From Mobula hypostoma (taxonomy: Eukaryota): a DNA stretch of 64,000 nt. The position numbers were made by a program, and so were the translations under genes. The stretch lies in NCBI RefSeq assembly GCF_963921235.1, contig NC_086097.1, forward strand, positions 50,346,001-50,410,000, read 5' to 3'. Shown in pieces: positions 61,419-64,000 of the stretch. Positions within the stretch are counted from its first letter, which is position 1; each line of letters opens with the position of its first letter. A model generated the notes under the pieces. The model did not search any database, was not told where the DNA came from, and saw only the letters and a program-made list of their open reading frames with translations.

Positions 61419-63389
61419 TGGTTTCAAAGTAAATATAAAAAAGGTATGTGAGGTCTATGGGTTGAGATTCTAAATTGGAGAAAGGCCAGTTTTGGTGGTG
61501 TCAGAAACAATGTGGCAAGTGTGGATTGTGTCAGACTGTTTTCCAGCAAAGATGTACAGTACTTGTAAGTGGGAGGCCTTCAAAAGTGAAATTTTGAGAG
61601 TTCAATATTTATATGTGCCTGTCAGAATAAAAGGTAAAGATAATAGGTGTAGGGAAACTTGGTTTTCAAGAGATCTTGAGGCCATAGTTAAGAAAAGAAG
61701 GAGGTGCATCGCAGGTATAGGCAGGTAGGAACAAGTGAGGCTCTTGAGTATAAGAAATGTAAGAGGACACTTAAGAAAGAAATCAGGAGGGCTAAAAGAA
61801 GGCATAAGATTTCCCTAGCAGACAAGGTGAAGGAGAATCCTCAGGGATTCCACAGATATGTTAAGAGCAAAAGGATAGCAAGGGACAAAATTGGTCCTCT
61901 GGAAGATCAGAATGGTAATCCATACGTGAAGATAAAAAAGTTGGGGGAGATCTTAAATGAATTTTTTGCATCCATATTAATGGACACAGAGCCTATAGAA
62001 GTAAGGCAAAGTAGCAGTGAGATACAGAAGGATGGGATAAAAACTAATGTTGTTCTGCTGTTTAAGAAAGGCTTTAAGAACAAACCAGGAAATTATAGGC
62101 CAGTGAGCCTGACATTGGTATTGGGAAAGTTATTGGAAGGTATTCTAAGGGACGGGATATATGAGTATTTGGATAGACAGGGACTGATTATGGGTAGTTC
62201 GCATGACTTTGTGTATGGCAGGTCTTGTCTAACCAGTCTTCTAGAGCTTTTCGGGGAAGTAACCGGGAAAATGGATGCAGTGGATGTTGTCTACATGGAC
62301 TTTAGCAAGGGATTTGACAAGATCCCACATGGGAGGTTGATCAAGAAGGTTCAGTCACTCGGCATTCAAGATGAGGTAGTAAATTTGATTACATGTTGAC
62401 TTTGTAGAAGCCAGAGAGTGGTAATAGATGGCTGCCTCTCTGATTGGAGGCATAGTGGAGTGCCAAGGGGATCAGTGCTTGGTCTGTTGTTGTTTGTCAT
62501 CTATACCAACAATCTGGATGATAATGTGGTTAACAGGATCAGCAAGTGTGCAGATGACACCAAGATTGGGGGGTGTAGTGGACAGCGAAGATGACTATCA
62601 GAGCTTGCAGCAGGATCTGTATCAGCTGGAAAAATGGCAGGTGGAATTTAACACAGACAAGTGTGAGGTTTTGCACTTCAGTCGGACCAACCAGACTAGG
62701 TCTTACACAGAGTGGTAGGGCACTGAGGATTGCGGTAGAACAAAGGATCTGGGAATAGAGTTCCATAATTCATTGGAAGTGGCGGCACAGGTAGATAGGG
62801 TTGGAAAGAAAGCTTTTGGCACATTGGCCTTCATAAATCAATGTGTTGAATACAGGAGATGGGATGTTATATTGAAGTTTGGTTACCTACCTACAGCAAA
62901 GATGTAAATAAGATTGAAAAAGTATACAGAGGAAATTTACGAGGATGTTGCCAGGACTGGAGGACCTGAGTTATAAGATTGATTAAGTTACAACTTTATC
63001 CCTTGGAACGTAGAAGATTGAGGGGAGGGAAATTTGATAGAAGTATACAAAATTGTGAGGGATTTTGATAGGATAAATGCAAGCAGGCTTTTTCCACTAA
63101 TTGGGTGTGACTACAGTTAGAGATCATGAGTTGAGGGTGAAAGGTGAAATATTTAAGGGGAACATGAGGGGAAACTTCTTCACTCAGAGGGCTGTGAGAG
63201 TGTGGAACAAGCTGCCAGCATAAGTGGGGCATGTGAGCTCGATTTCAACAGTTAAGATAAGTTTGGATAGATACACAGATGGGAGGGGTATGGAGGACAA
63301 TGGTTTTTATTAGACAGTTTACATAGTTCAGCATGGACTAGATGGGCCAAAGGGCCTGTCTCGATGCTGTACTTTCCTATCACTCTATT

Positions 63390-64000
63390 AGAAGAAGGTC
63401 TTGTTGTTGGTTGAGACTGAAGTGTAAATTCAATACTAAGCAGTATGTGTGGCGTAAATCTAATACAGCACATCATCCAGATCACACCATCCCTACTATA
63501 AGGTATGCTGCATGCAGCATCACGCTATGAGGATGCTTTTCAGCAGCAACGACTGGAAATCTGGCCATGATCGATGGGCAGATAAACACTGCTAAATAAA
63601 GATCCTGGATAAAAACCTGCTTTCCTCTGCCAGAAAGTTGCAACTGGGAGGAAGTTCATCTTTCAGTGGGACAAAGACCCATAGCACACTGTCCTTAAGT
63701 GGTCCAGTCAGAGTCCTGACCTTAACCTGATTGAACATCTCTCGCAGGGCTTAGATTGCTGTGCACTGCCTCTCCCCAACTACCCTGCACAGTTTGAGCA
63801 ATTCTGCAAGAAGAAATGGGCAAATCTTGCTCCAAAACATTGTGTCAAGCTGATAGAGACTTATCCGAAAATACTCGCTATAATAGCTGCAAGAGGAGGT
63901 TGAACCAAGTACTGAGGAAAGGGGGATGAATACTTTTGAACTGCTGGCATTTCAGTTTTTTGAATTTTTAGTTTTTCATACCTTTCAATTTTCCCTGCCT
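63390..64000 (+). mobile_element. Tc1 3' arm, degenerate, running off the window
   Basis: KKVL...ET, HTIPTIR, GCFSAA and [13 protein letters not shown] remnants. 63900-63990 is the reverse complement of ~55820-55915. Confidence 0.85.

Larger units (their letters stand above)
56238..63388 (+). mobile_element. Old CR1 LINE (host), split by two younger CR1 insertions
   Basis: APE text runs to ...KKGMT at ~56455, resumes as LMGLYYKPP at ~58314, breaks at ASSDHN (~58634), resumes at ~61414 and continues through RT remnants to a 3' tail at ~63388. Confidence 0.85.

Overview
Vertebrate nuclear genomic DNA, most likely a cartilaginous fish. This is inferred from the repeat repertoire: HE1/V-SINEs, abundant CR1 LINEs with (TTCTATGT)n tails, Rex1/Babar, and Penelope-derived palindromes. 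One clear host gene lies on the minus strand: a SERTA-domain protein of the CDCA4/SERTAD2 family with a single coding exon (CDS 7127-7963, splice acceptor 4 nt before the ATG). It has a long AT-rich 3' UTR and a probable non-coding first exon/CpG-island promoter near 52.8-53.1 kb, implying an intron of about 45 kb. The rest is a dense, often nested, set of transposable elements: two young near-identical CR1s, older CR1s, Rex1/Babar, Tc1, Tigger-like MITEs, and internally deleted HERO/R2-type and Gypsy elements. Three signals stand out. (1) An HDV-like ribozyme fold starts exactly at the 5' end of a short non-coding RTE-derived retroposon (20248-20441). (2) A family of palindromic Penelope-derived retroposons with long TSDs carries minimal hammerhead ribozyme cores (e.g. 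14419-14454). (3) A non-autonomous Gypsy element has its deleted pol replaced in-frame by a segment resembling the C-terminal coiled coil of host SH3KBP1/CIN85. All family assignments and folds were made by eye, without database searches.
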